Shown here piece after piece: positions 41,560 to 54,682 of a stretch of 60,000 nt of DNA. Source of the DNA: Schmidtea polychroa (lineage: Eukaryota). A program made the translations under genes and the position numbers. The stretch lies in the NCBI GenBank assembly GCA_044892525.1, contig CM097885.1, forward strand, positions 49,478,001 through 49,538,000. The letters are read 5' to 3'. Each line of letters opens with the position of its first letter. Positions within the stretch are counted from its first letter, which is position 1. The notes beneath the pieces are model-generated. The model searched no databases. It saw only the letters and a program-made list of their open reading frames with translations, and was not told the DNA's origin.

Positions 41560-42700
41560 TATCATTAATGGAACCTAAGTAAATAATTTAGATGGAGTCT
41601 CATTTGAGTTAAATAAGTTTTTTTAATTGCATTTAAATAATTTATCATATAAATTTTAAATGGAGTAAAAGTACGAATATATCAGATGATATAGTACTTA
41701 TCATGCTTACAATTTGCAAAGAACCACAAATTTAGTGCAGATATTACAACATCTATAATCCGTCAATGTTGCTGGAATGAAAAATTGAGTAACATTTGGA
41801 ATTTAACTGGCTAAAAGTTATTAATTCGGTCATTGAAAGTAGTATAACTTTTCACATTTTTTTCTTAATTGAAAGAATAGCTAAGTTACTTAGGTGGTCT
41901 TGACTGATTGATGAAAGGAACTACTTTTACAAAGGTAGTAATCTAGATAAATTCCGGTCTCTGAATGCTATTAGTAATGTCAGTAACATTCGGATTATAA
42001 TATTATTTTTAAGAAAAAATACGATCAGTCAATTCTTGCAAAGATACTGTAAGCAAATGAACTTCAACTTGAATTGATAGATCTTCAAAGTGACAACACT
42101 CTGAAGGAACTATTTCGAATTTCGAAACTGACCGAATTCTATTCAGCTTTAAATACCCATAAATTTAGCAAGATAACAAATTTACTAGTAGATTTTTCTC
42201 AATCTTTGTATCACCTTACATATGTGAACAAACATTCTCGTGTTTGAACATTAACAATTTCAAAACCAGGTCGCAGCTTACAGATGTCAATTTGCAATCT
42301 GTGCTACGAATATCTACAAGTAAATTAGAACCTAACTATGAAGAACTTATCGGAAATATTTCTTAATTACATATATCTCATTGAAATTAATTAAATTGAA
42401 ATCCTCTTAATTTTCATGTATTTATTTAAGACATATATAATTTATTTTACCGTCATTCTCATGTTATAATTATAAATTGTGCTAAAAATAATCAAAACAA
42501 AAATAGAACCTTTTAATTTTAATTAATAGTCATCACTACCGATTTCATTAGCATTTAGAAAGTCTTAAACCCGTTATTCGTTGGAATATTGATGAAAATC
42601 TGCTTGCAAAAAAGACAAATTAATAATGCGGCCCGCCATTTATAGAATTAATGCAAATTTGGCCCTCCACCAAAAAGGTTTGCGGACCTCTACTGTAAGG
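41560..42700 (+). pseudogene. hAT (Charlie/Buster, GTF2IRD2-like) transposase 3' relic and right end
   Basis: SIFVSPYICEQTFSCLNINNFKTRSQLTDVNLQSVLRISTSKLEPNYEEL, plus a subterminal GCGGCCCGC..TTTGGCCC..AAAAAGGTTTGCGGACC. The left boundary is approximate. Confidence 0.7.
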
Positions 42701-43833
42701 GTATCAGTGAGATTCTATTGGTATTTCGGCTACTTATAATTGGAGCATAATTTGTTGTCACAAATACACAAGCAAATTATTAATATAAATGTCATTTTTA
42801 TTGCATTTTGACAATAGAAAATTTACAGATTTATCTTATTATATGCCTGATTAACACAAATTAATGTTGTAAAAATTTAATATTTTAAGATAATAAAACA
42901 ATATGAGAATTAAAAGGAAATGGTCTTTTGAATATTACAGAGACATTCAGAGAAAATATATTTTTATTGTTTAAAAATATATTAGTTTATTTAATTAAAA
43001 CAATAAATACATTTTCAAATTAATTTCAAATCATTTCAGAGTGAATTGATTATTGTTTCAAACCAAACAATGTTTCTGTTTATATCTAGATAAATCCCTG
43101 TTAAATAAATTCCCAAGATAAATTTTCTTCAGTTGCTGCGTTTCATTTTGTCCAGACTTCCACTTAATAGATTATTATCATTTGCCCGTTGTTGGATTAA
43201 TTCTAAATTTCAGTAATACTGAATCGCTTTAAATATAATTGAAATCTATTAGAATTCTATACGTAAATGTTTTTATTTTTTATTATTTTTTACAATTTCA
43301 AGTCAACTCAGAAGAATTCTAATCAAATCCAAAGCTCAAATATATGTTCAAAACCGTTTTTGGAACATATATTTAAACATACTTTCTTCACGAATATATA
43401 ATGTAATTTAATTGTTTTATTAAGATCGTGAAATTGAATTAAAAAAATTAAATTTTTATTATTTTTATTTGAATATTTTACATAGAAGTTATCCTATTGA
43501 AACATATGAATAAACGAAAAATATATTTTGTAATTGAAAATAAAAAATGGTCAGAAATAATTTTTATTTGCTTACTGATTTCAATGGTTTATATGCTTTT
43601 TAATGTTTATTATAAAAGTTTTATATTTTGTGTAAATTTAACTAAATCTTCAATTAATTAATATCTTTTTATTTCATAAATTCAGAAAGAGTAAACTGTC
43701 AATTACATCTAACTTTGAAAATAAAGTATGCTTAGAATAAAAAGTAAAGCAACTTAATGATTCGAATAATATATTAGGACAACTTGTTGATTTCTTACGA
43801 AATAGCCAAGCATTAAAACAATTTAATATTCAG

Positions 43834-44005
43834 GTATGCGTATTCTTGTCATGTTACTGCTGGATACTTTGCCAATGCTCGGAAATGTACTGCTGTTGTG
43901 TTTCTTTGTTTTCTTTATTTTTGGAATTATTGGAGTTCAAATGTGGCAAGGCGTACTCAGAAATCGTTGCTATCTAAACCTCAACGAATCCTTTAGACAT
44001 CCAGG
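43834..44005 (+). CDS. Cav3: Cav3 coding exon 4 (S4-S5 linker, IS5)
   Basis: Acceptor TTCAG, peptide (S)[57 protein letters not shown], donor GTAATA. Confidence 0.96.
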
Positions 44006-44255
44006 GTAATATATTAATAATTTAAAAGACTGAGTTGTCTAAATGATGTATTTAATTGATATACTCCATTTATTAATATAAAATGTAAATTATAAATATA
44101 AAATTATATAAAAATATTTTTAAATGTTATTTCCAAGTTTAAATATAAACAGGCTAATGATAAAAAGTTAACATCAATTTACAGTCAATTAGAATTTGAA
44201 ACTTGTTTAAATTGACAAAAGAATAGATTATCCCAGAGTTGAATTTAAGTTTCAC

Positions 44256-44472
<217 letters not shown>

Positions 44473-44899
44473 GTAATTGTAATCTTAAAAATTATAATAA
44501 ATAAATATCTATAATTTGAAAGCATTTCACAATTATTATCAAAATTAAATATGTTGTAATTAATTAATTGAAATAATAAAACCTTTTTGTAAAATCAACA
44601 AAAATTCAAACAATAAATTCATCAAAAAGTTACAAATTGATTAGATGTTATGATATTATATGATCAAAATTAATTTCAAACCTTTATATTAATTATAATG
44701 CTAAATAATTTGTTTGAATTATTGGTTTTAAAAAATTAAAATATTTTCATCAAATTTCTAAATAAATTAGAAAATTATCTTCTTAGTATTTTATCCATTT
44801 ATTAGTATTTTATCCATTTGCTAATGCTATTTGCTAACTTGGAAATATATCATCCCATATTTTACTATAATTACTTGTTGAGTTCTAAATAGTTAATTA

Positions 44900-45695
44900 T
44901 TGGGTTGTCCAGAAAGTCCTTTCGATTTTTTTTAATTGATAGCGTAAATGTTTTTTTTGTATGTATAAGTGTAATAAAGGTCAAACGGTATGATGTTTTC
45001 ATAGTATAGACTGTTGTTTTTTTTGTGTAAAAATTTCAAGTTGATTGATTTCATTTTTTTTGAACAGATTGATTTTAAAAATGGAAAATCGTAGTGAAAA
45101 TTTTCGACATATTTTACTTTATTATTTGAATAAAGGTAAAATAGTTGCAGAACCATATATCAGCTAAAAAAAGCTTATGTTGTCAATATGGAGGGATTAC
45201 AGGAGAATTGTATACTTTGAGCTCTAATCGCCTAACATAACGATTGATTCTAGTTTATACTGCCTTCAACTATCAAAATTAAATAATTCCTTGCAGTAAA
45301 AGTTTCCAGAATCGATAAATTGTAAAAGTGTTGTGTTTCATCACGAGAACGCACGACCCCTTATTTCTATGGTCACTCGACAAATATGGTTGGAACTAGG
45401 TTGGGATATGCTGCCTCACCCACCTTACAGCCCTAATATTGCACCGTTAGATTTTATCTGTTTTGTTCTTTATACAACTCTTTAGTAGGAAAAACATTTA
45501 CTTCAGGCAACAGTGTGAAAACGAACCTGGAAATATTTTACTAAAAAAAGATCAGAAGTTTTATGAAGCTGGAATTATGAAATTGCTAGAGAAATGACAC
45601 CACATTATTGAATAAAATGTTCAATATATACTAGATTAAAATTTTCGCTTTATATTTTATTGTAAAAGAACGAAAGGCCTTTTCGAACAACCTAA
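44900..45695 (+). mobile_element. Internally deleted, degenerate mariner element
   Basis: TA flanks. TIRs TTGGGTTGTCCAGAAAGTCCTTTCG / CGAAAGGCCTTTTCGAACAACCTAA. Peptides VVFHHENARP and LGWDMLPHPPYSPNIAP. Confidence 0.88.
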
Positions 45696-46695
45696 TATAT
45701 AAATATGAGAAAATATTGAAAAGTGAATATAAATTTGTTTTTTTTAATTGTTATTTATTTGATTTGAGATTGCAAAATATATTACATATGAATCTTTGAT
45801 AGTGAAAAATTCTTCATTTCAACAAATATCTTTGAGTACCCAAAATAATCAAGTAAATTCTCAATCTATAAAATACAGCACCAATGATAAATTCATTTCA
45901 TTAATTAGTACACGTACAATTTTTATGTTTAAATAAATAAAAAAATAATTAATTTAGAAATGCTAAAACTTATTACACAACACCGAAATAAATACTTTCT
46001 AAGTGTACGAAAATTTCTTGAGAATTTCATATTTCTTCTTTTAATCATTAATTATTTTTAAATCTTTGGTCATAATTTTGTTTTAAGTTTATAGTAAATA
46101 TTTGACTATAGATCTTTTATTTTCTTTTTTTATTTGCGAGAGAAGAAAAAACAATAGAAAACTATTAAGATAAATATTACAATATCAAAAGTGCAATCAC
46201 AATTACAATATCGACGAAACACTTTTTAATGCAATTTCGTTTCGTTTCCTATAATAAGACAAAAAATCAAAAGTTTTATAGTATTATTATTTATTACTTT
46301 TATGAAACTTCATGAAAGTGTAGCGGATTTGTTATTTAAACGCGCACTACAAACGCGCTATTATCAAAAATAAGTTATAGAATCAATTCTTCATACTTTG
46401 TGTACGTAATTTAATATATAATTTAGTTTTATTATACAAATTTCTTTCTTTTCTAAAATTCAGTTTCATTTAAGACTCTAAGTCTGACTTTTCGACAAAA
46501 TTATTTCTGATTCATTTCTATTTGCAAATATTTCTTTCTACTTACTTTTATATATAATATTTTCCTGGCAACTATTATCCCAATTAGCTACGATTGATAC
46601 TATTTACTTTTATTACAAAAAAATTACGGAAAATAATTTCAAAAAGTAGCTCGTTTTTCCGAGGGTCTCAGGTTTGTTAAAGTTTTTTATTTGTT

Positions 46696-47110
46696 GTATG
46701 TGGCTATTTATACATACAGTATGTATACGCAATTGGCTATTTATACATACAGTATGTATACGCAATTGTCTATTTATACATACTGTATCATGTTGTTGAA
46801 AATGTTAAGAAATGCGGAGATGACAAATGTGAATGTGTTAATAAATTTTAGTTTGAGTGTATATTTAAAGTATAATATTGAGAATTTCTTTGTTAAAGTT
46901 TTGCCTTGAATATTTTTAGCAGTACCTTTGCGACTATTACCCTTACGAGCAGTACCCATAGGGGGACAGAATATCTTGTCGGATAAACTCTGACTATATA
47001 ATAATAATAAAAATAAGTATAAATAAGTATAAATAGCCAATTGCGTATACATACTGTATAAATAAATAGCCAATTGCGTATACATACTGTATGTATAAAT
47101 AGCCACATAC
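46696..47110. mobile_element. Foldback/Mutator-like MITE with tandem 33-bp units in its TIRs
   Basis: Perfect 9-bp TSD TTATTTGTT (46687-46695, 47111-47119). Termini GTATGTGGCTATTTATAC / GTATAAATAGCCACATAC. Unit GGCTATTTATACATACAGTATGTATACGCAATT. Confidence 0.88.
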
Positions 47111-47683
47111 TTATTTGTTTCTCTGATGAAATAAATCGTTTCATAAAATTTATAAAATACATCATATATTTTATCAATTACACTTTGTTTATCTAATTTT
47201 CAAAATTCAATTATGGAATTTTTCATTCCGAGAGTTCACATTTTTATTGATAGCTCAAAATTTTAAGTGAGATTTTAAAAATTCTTCTTTACCTGCAAAC
47301 ATTTGTTTCTGAAATAAAATATTTTCCGTCAAAGAAAAAAGTTTCAAAAGATCAAAAATAAGAAGTCTCAATAACAATATACCAAAATTCAACCATAGAA
47401 ACTTTTAAATAATTATAATTTAAAATGAATGCCACGAAGGTTTATCTTTCTCACCCATGAGGGTGGCAAACATAACTTATTTTGAAACCTTTAAGTTTAA
47501 TTATTTTAAAACCAAAAAAATGATTTTATATTAACTTTTTTTTAAACGTATTTCAAAATATAAAATGGATATAATCTTTACTGGTGAAAATTCTTTTAAA
47601 TAAAGATGATTAATATTTCATTAATAGTTAAACATACATGGCAATGATTTAATTATAAGATAACGCCAATCAAACATTTTTTT

Positions 47684-47722
47684 CACGATTAATTTCGACA
47701 GTTTTCCTGTCATCATCAGGTG
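47684..47722 (-). ncRNA. Minimal type I hammerhead ribozyme (Penelope pLTR)
   Basis: Reverse complement reads CAC CUGAUGA U GACAG GAAAA CUGUC GAAA UUAA UC GUG. Confidence 0.8.
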
Positions 47723-47914
47723 GGATATAATACTCATTAAATAAAGGATTTTAAACAAATTTAATTATATATAAAAAATTTTTTTATTTTATAAAAAATA
47801 TTATTTTTTAAAACTTTAATATTTAAAATTTAATTTAATAATTTAAAAATTTAAAAATTTTTTTATTAATTATTTAATTTAACACAACAATCAATACATA
47901 CAATACACAAAAGC

Positions 47915-48958
47915 TTATTTAAAAACACTCAACACACAAGTATTTACAGCATTCTGCACATTAATTTTCGGATTCAATGATTTTATCAACAACGCCTCAC
48001 AAATCACACGTTCCCAATAATTATCGAAGTTTTTTAATAAAATTTTAAAATCAGACATACCTATTTTAATCTTACAGCCCTTATTGTGCTCACCAATATG
48101 GGTCAAAGACTTCGGTTTACAATGTTCTCGAGCTCGAATACAGAGATGACGGGAAGTCTCTCCAATGTATGTGGCATTACACCCATTACATGTAAACTGA
48201 TAAACGAGATCGGAACACAATTCAACCGGAGTCTTTGACTTATTAATAAACATATTGCGTACTTTCCATGAAGTTGACACTATCCTATAGTTTAAATTCC
48301 CTAACTTCTTTCTTATCTTCACTTTATAATCCTTAAAACCTTCTGAGTACGGCAATACTAACACAAATTTAGGCTCATCATCCTTGCTCACACTATTTAA
48401 TTTATTTAACTCATCAGACTCACACACCTCAACAAAATCACACCCAGATTTTAACTCATCAGACTCACACATCTCAACAAGATCACACCCAAATTTTCTC
48501 AAACATGGATCCTTAGGATTTTTAATAAATTTGTCAACAGTCTCTTTCACCATAATTACTAAAAGGGATTTTGAATAACCGTTCTTCATTAACAATTCAA
48601 TCAATATGTCAACACTTTTTACTGAATTTTTAAAAGTAGAAGACAAAGACCATGCACGATAAATCAACCCCTTCACCATATTTCTTTTATACTTGAATTC
48701 ACAAAAACTTTCGGAAGAAGTATAGAGACCAGTATCAGTTGGTTTTCTATAAATCTCTGTCTCGTAGTGTTTCTCTTTGCGTTGTATTAACAAATCCAAG
48801 AAAGCAAGCGATGATTTTTTCTCCGTTTCACATGTGAATACAATGTTTTTATGTAGACTATACATTTAATGCAAAAACGGGTCAACATGCCTCTTATTTT
48901 CAAATATAAGAAATATATCATCCACATACCGTTTATAAACAGTGGGTTTCATACCTTG
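47915..48958 (-). pseudogene. Penelope-like RT-thumb/GIY-YIG fragment, left arm
   Basis: YKRYVDDIFLIF..FLH*MYSLHKNIVFTCE..LAFLDLLI..IYRKPTDTG..DLVYQFTCNGCNATYIGETSRHLCIRAREH..EALLIKSLNPKIN. One premature stop at 48866-48868. Confidence 0.92.
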
Positions 48959-49718
48959 GAAGGGGTTGATTTATCGTGCATGGTCTTTGTCTTCTACTTT
49001 TAAAAATTCGGTAAAGAGTGTTGACGTGTTGGTTGAACTGTTGATGAAGAATGGTTATTCAAAATCCCTTTTAGTAATTATGGTGAAAGAGACTGTTGAC
49101 AAATTTATTAAAAATCCTAAGGATCCATGTTTGAGAAAATTTGGGTGTGATCTTGTTGAGATGTGTGTGTCTGATGAGTTAAAATCTGTGTGTGATTTTG
49201 GTGAGGTGTGTGAGTCTGATGAGTTAAATAAATTAAATAGTGTGAGCAAGGATGATGAGCCTAAATTTGTGTTAGTATTGCCCTACTCAGAAGGTTTTAA
49301 GGATTATAAAGTGAAGATAAGAAAGAAGTTAGGGAATTTAAACTATAGGATAGTGTCAACTTCATGGAAAGTACGCAATATGTTTATTAATAAGTCAAAG
49401 ACTCCGGTTGAATTGTGTTCCGATCTCGTTTATCAGTTTACATGTAATGGGTGTAATGCAACATACATTGGAGAGACTTCCCGTCATCTCTGTATTCGAG
49501 CTCGAGAACATTGTAAACCGAAGTCTTTGACCCATATTGGTGAGCACAATAAGGGCTGTAAGATTAAAATAGGTATGTCTGATTTTAAAATTTTATTAAA
49601 AAACTTCGATAATTATTGGGAACGTGTGATTTGTGAGGCGTTGTTGATAAAATCATTGAATCCAAAAATTAATGTGCAGAATGCTGTAAATACTTGTGTG
49701 TTGAGTGTTTTTAAATAA
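48959..49718 (+). pseudogene. Penelope-like GIY-YIG fragment, right arm
   Basis: Same peptide from KGLIYRAWSLSS to VLSVFK. The ORF-track start at 48942 is an artefact of the inversion junction. Confidence 0.9.
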
Positions 49719-49910
49719 GCTTTTGTGTATTGTATGTATTGATTGTTGTGTTAAATTAAATAATTAATAAAAAATTTTTTAAATTTTTAAATTATTAAAT
49801 TAAATTTTAAATATTAAAGTTTTAAAAAATAATATTTTTTATAAAATAAAAAAATTTTTTATATATAATTAAATTTGTTTAAAATCCTTTATTTAATGAG
49901 TATTATATCC

Positions 49911-49949
49911 CACCTGATGATGACAGGAAAACTGTCGAAATTAATCGTG
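49911..49949 (+). ncRNA. Minimal type I hammerhead ribozyme (Penelope pLTR)
   Basis: Stem I CAC/GUG, core CUGAUGA, stem II GACAG-gaaaa-CUGUC, GAAA, palindromic UUAA in place of stem III, cleavage triplet AUC. Confidence 0.8.
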
Positions 49950-50964
49950 AAAAAAATGTTTGATTGGCGATATCTTATAATATTTCATTATTTTTGGGAT
50001 ACAAAAATGATAGGATGAAAGCAATGAAAAGATAAGTAAAACCGCATTTTTGACAATTTTTATACCACAATTATTATTATCTTATAACATCACGGAAGAA
50101 AGGCAAAACTTAGAAAAATACAGTATTTAAAAGTTCTTCAAATTGGGTTTATCTTATAACGAAATCAATCGTTTTCCAAGAGAATAAATATTTAATTATC
50201 AAAATTAACAGAAAATTATTTTAACTATTTGAATATCAATGTTTTAACATTATGGAAAAATGGTAGCTGAATTTATGGGCAATCTAATTCTGAAAATAAA
50301 TATGGGAAAAGACCTAAATCTTTGATTGGTTTTGTTGTTAAACAATATCCTGAATGTCATTCAATAATAAACTTTCAATAAAATCTTTTAACTTTTTCAC
50401 CAGTGATCATTTGTCAATCTCTTTTAACTGTATTTCTTTATTAGAATATCTATCAATCCTGTTTTTTATGAAGCTTTGTATGAATTAAATTCTTATTACT
50501 CTTCTGCCTTACTTTTATTTATTAATTAATTTCGAAGAGGTAAAGATGATCTCTGGAGTTTGGATTTTTTTGACAGAAAATTTAGTTAAATGAAATCATA
50601 ATGATGAGGCAGGTTAAAAGCATTCAGGGCTTTATCTTTGAGTAATCACGTTTTCCCAATTTATACAGATACTTTTGTAATATAAATATTTACGTAATTT
50701 GCTATACGGTTGACTATTCTAATAATTTTTAAATTTTTCTAATCTAGTCTAGTGAGATTTTAATAGGTCTTATTACACTGGCAATCCTACATAAACGTCA
50801 CCTGTCAAAACAAGTTTAATGCCAAATAAACTTTATTCATAAATCTTACTGATCTGGAAAATAGTTTTGATCATGCATATAAATCAAAATTATTTAATTT
50901 TTTAATTTATTATTCATTATAAACCATTATTATAATTTCATGTTATTATTGGTCAAAATTTCAG

Positions 50965-51283
50965 GCTCAATCTTTCATCATTTTATCAAATTAATCGAAC
51001 TATGTCTTTAAATGAGGTTGACAAGGATTTTATTTGTTCAACAGACAAAAACAATGGAATTTTAAAATGCTCAGATATCCCACCAAGTATTATGTTGTTG
51101 TCGAACAATTCCCTTCAAATCTGCAAGCAACCTGCTCGGCCATTTACTGACAACTTACCAACAAAGAGCAGTTGCGTCAATTGGAATCAGTATTATACAG
51201 ACTGTCAACCGGGGGAGAAAAATCCTTATAATGGAGCAATTAATTTCGATAATATTGGATTTGCTTGGGTTGCTATTTTTCAG
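50965..51283 (+). CDS. Cav3: Cav3 coding exon 5 (domain I extracellular turret to pore helix)
   Basis: Acceptor TTTCAG, peptide ..DFICSTDKNNGILKCSDIP..SCVNWNQYYTDCQPGEKNPYNGAINFDNIGFAWVAIFQ, donor GTGGGA. Confidence 0.96.
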
Positions 51284-53333
51284 GTGGGATTTTCTTTTCA
51301 AAATAATGACTACAAATATTTCCACTTTTTTAATTTTGCATTTCTGATACGTATATGGGTAAACAGTTGATTGTTTGGAGTCACCGTAGAGCTTGCATGA
51401 GTGGTTTTATCAAAAACCTGAAACGATGTATAAAAATCCTCCCAATTGAAACATTACAATCCCAAGCATAAAATTACGAGAAACTTCACGCAGTTTGCTT
51501 TCATTTTTTCATTTTTCATTTTTCCAAAATGTTGCATTTATTGTAATTCATTTGATAAGATGAATTCTTTTTATGTATTTAATTATTTTTTTTTCATTTT
51601 TATAAAACTAAAGATAGATAAATTCAATTTATACAAACATTTTCGACACAATTTTTTTATAAAATTTTCTGAAACACTTCTTGATCCACTGGCTTATAAA
51701 AATGAAGAAAAAAAAATGGAAATAACAGAAATAGCAGAAATATTTAATTTTGTAGTTATTTACAACTTTTACAACAAAGAATAAGTTAGCATTATGTAAC
51801 AAAGTGATATTTTTTATTCTTTAATGAGATATATATTTGCTATTTTTTATAGTACAGCTATTAAGTCTGTACCATATTTCAACATTTTTTGTTATTTTCT
51901 TCAATGTTTACCATTAAATGTACCGGTTGTCATTTTGGGTGGATTCCTTTTAGTCAGTATTTCATGATTCAGTAATCCCGTCTTTCCAACATCCCATTTG
52001 TGTTTCAAAAAAAATACAATCAAGAGAATTGATTAAATTATTTATGAATTTATTTTCACACATGCTAATAATTGAATTTTCAATAATTGCAGTTATCCCA
52101 TTTTTACAATTTTTTGTCTGCCGCTTAATATTAAATCTTTTTCTTCTATTAACTTGGGATTTATGTTTTTTCCTATTGCAAATTTCATTTTTAAATTTAA
52201 AATGTTAGCAAATTTTATCAAATAAAATAGCTTCAGCATTAATTTCTATTGAACCTTTATTTGTGCGTCTTAACCTTTACACATCTTTCAATTAACTTTT
52301 AATTACCTTTTGCGTTATATCGTTTCTCAATATAGATACCAATTGTAAGATTATTATTATTCTTTATTCCCCTCTTATTATTTTTTTCGTTTACCAATTA
52401 TGTTTATTATAAATTTCAATCAATTCTCTATGGTAAGATTTGGAATATTTTACTATAGAGATTACTAAAAAAATATGAACTGACAAATAAAATGAAAGTT
52501 ATTGGAATTTGGAAACCATGTAAGTAAAAACTTCGTCTTTAGAATTCTGTGAAAACTAGAACAAAATCTAGAACTAAAATCCAGAAATAAAACAAATTCA
52601 ATCTCCAAATCTTTTCATTTTTGGTATTCTGAAAGAACTGGAATATTTTGTAAATTCAATATTATTTTTCCAGTTATAGATAAAGAAGTATTTTTAGATT
52701 CGTTTCGTTTATAAAAATTGTCAATACTTTAAAGTTATTTTTTTAATTTATTTTTAATCGTAAATATAAGTCTTTAAAATACACAAGCATACACTCACAT
52801 AAAAGTATATTACATACAATCACCCAGATTATACTAAAACAGACTCTTGCATGTTGCAGAAAATATATCATATAAGCTCATTCTCCTAAATTCATGAGAT
52901 GAGAAAACTTTAACTCTATCTCCATTTTTAATTTTACTAAATACACTGTCGGTGGAATTTAACATTAGAAATATAATCATATTTAATCGTTTTAAAATTA
53001 AAAAATTTGGAGTTTATTAAATGTCCAGGAGTTTAATTAATGTCTTTTTGTGTGTAATTTTTATTATGTAGATTTTGTGAACAGTGATTGTGTGCAAGTA
53101 TTAATTTTTCTTCCAACAGTGAATTTTTCAATCCATCTATAGTGTAAGCCATTATTTAATGTCATGGATTTAATTAATTGTCACTTTTGACTATGACACA
53201 CACATTTACTATAGGTTTTATTTATATTATTAATCTTTAAATCAATGTCATTTTATCCATCTTCAATTTCATTTTGGTGTAATACAACATTTGCACATAA
53301 TATAAGAACGAGAGTAGGTACAAGTGCGCTGCA

Positions 53334-53596
53334 TGACTCATCGTTGAACAAAGACATATGACTCATCGATGACTCATAACAAAGAACATGACTCATACCC
53401 CCACCCCCACCCCCGGTGAGTCATAAATGACGTCATCGATGACTCATCATCCATATGACTCATCCTGGTGACTCATCACACATGACTCATCCTGATGACT
53501 CATCCTGATGACTCATACTGGTGACTCATCCGGGTGACTCACCACACATGACTCATCCTAATGAGTCATCGCGCATGACACATTAAGGGTGACTCA
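53334..53596. promoter_or_regulatory. Array of 16 AP-1/TRE heptamers (TGACTCA/TGAGTCA) plus one CRE (TGACGTCA)
   Basis: Counted directly within 263 bp. The CRE is at 53428-53435. Function is inferred. Confidence 0.75.
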
Positions 53597-53956
53597 TTTC
53601 AATTTTAAATTCAAATTTAAAAAGGGTCAAATGATGTCAAACTTCATGGGTATCATTCGAAAGGTCTTGAAGAGCTCTATCTAATGGTCATACCCTTGAA
53701 GGTTTAAGATGTATCCTTAACTTTCAAAAGGTCAAAAACCTTCAACATTTTAAAAACTATATAATATAGGTATCATTCTAAAGGTAATTCAATATGTTGT
53801 TCAATAGTCTAAACTACCGCAACGTAATAATATTGTTAACAAATTGAAAGTAATATTAACAAAGACAATGCAGTTTTAATGCAATATTAACAAAGACCCT
53901 TCAATCCATGTGCATAATCAAACAATTACTACAACTGCTCCTAATTTACAATCATT

Positions 53957-54655
<699 letters not shown>

Positions 54656-54682
54656 GAAAATAAAAATAATTTTACTCAAAAT

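Larger units (their letters stand above)
47652..49981. mobile_element. Penelope-like retroelement (RT C-terminus plus GIY-YIG endonuclease): two 5'-truncated copies in inverted, tails-out arrangement
   Basis: 47652-48674 is the near-identical reverse complement of 48959-49981. The spacer 48675-48958 continues the left copy up to the RT motif YKRYVDDIF. Confidence 0.95.

Noticed and set aside
53334..53596. CRISPR-like repeat-spacer appearance of the TGACTCA array (and of the 33-bp repeats at 58268)
   Set aside because: The repeats are 7-10 bp with irregular short spacers, or are spacer-less coding repeats. The context is eukaryotic and there are no cas genes.
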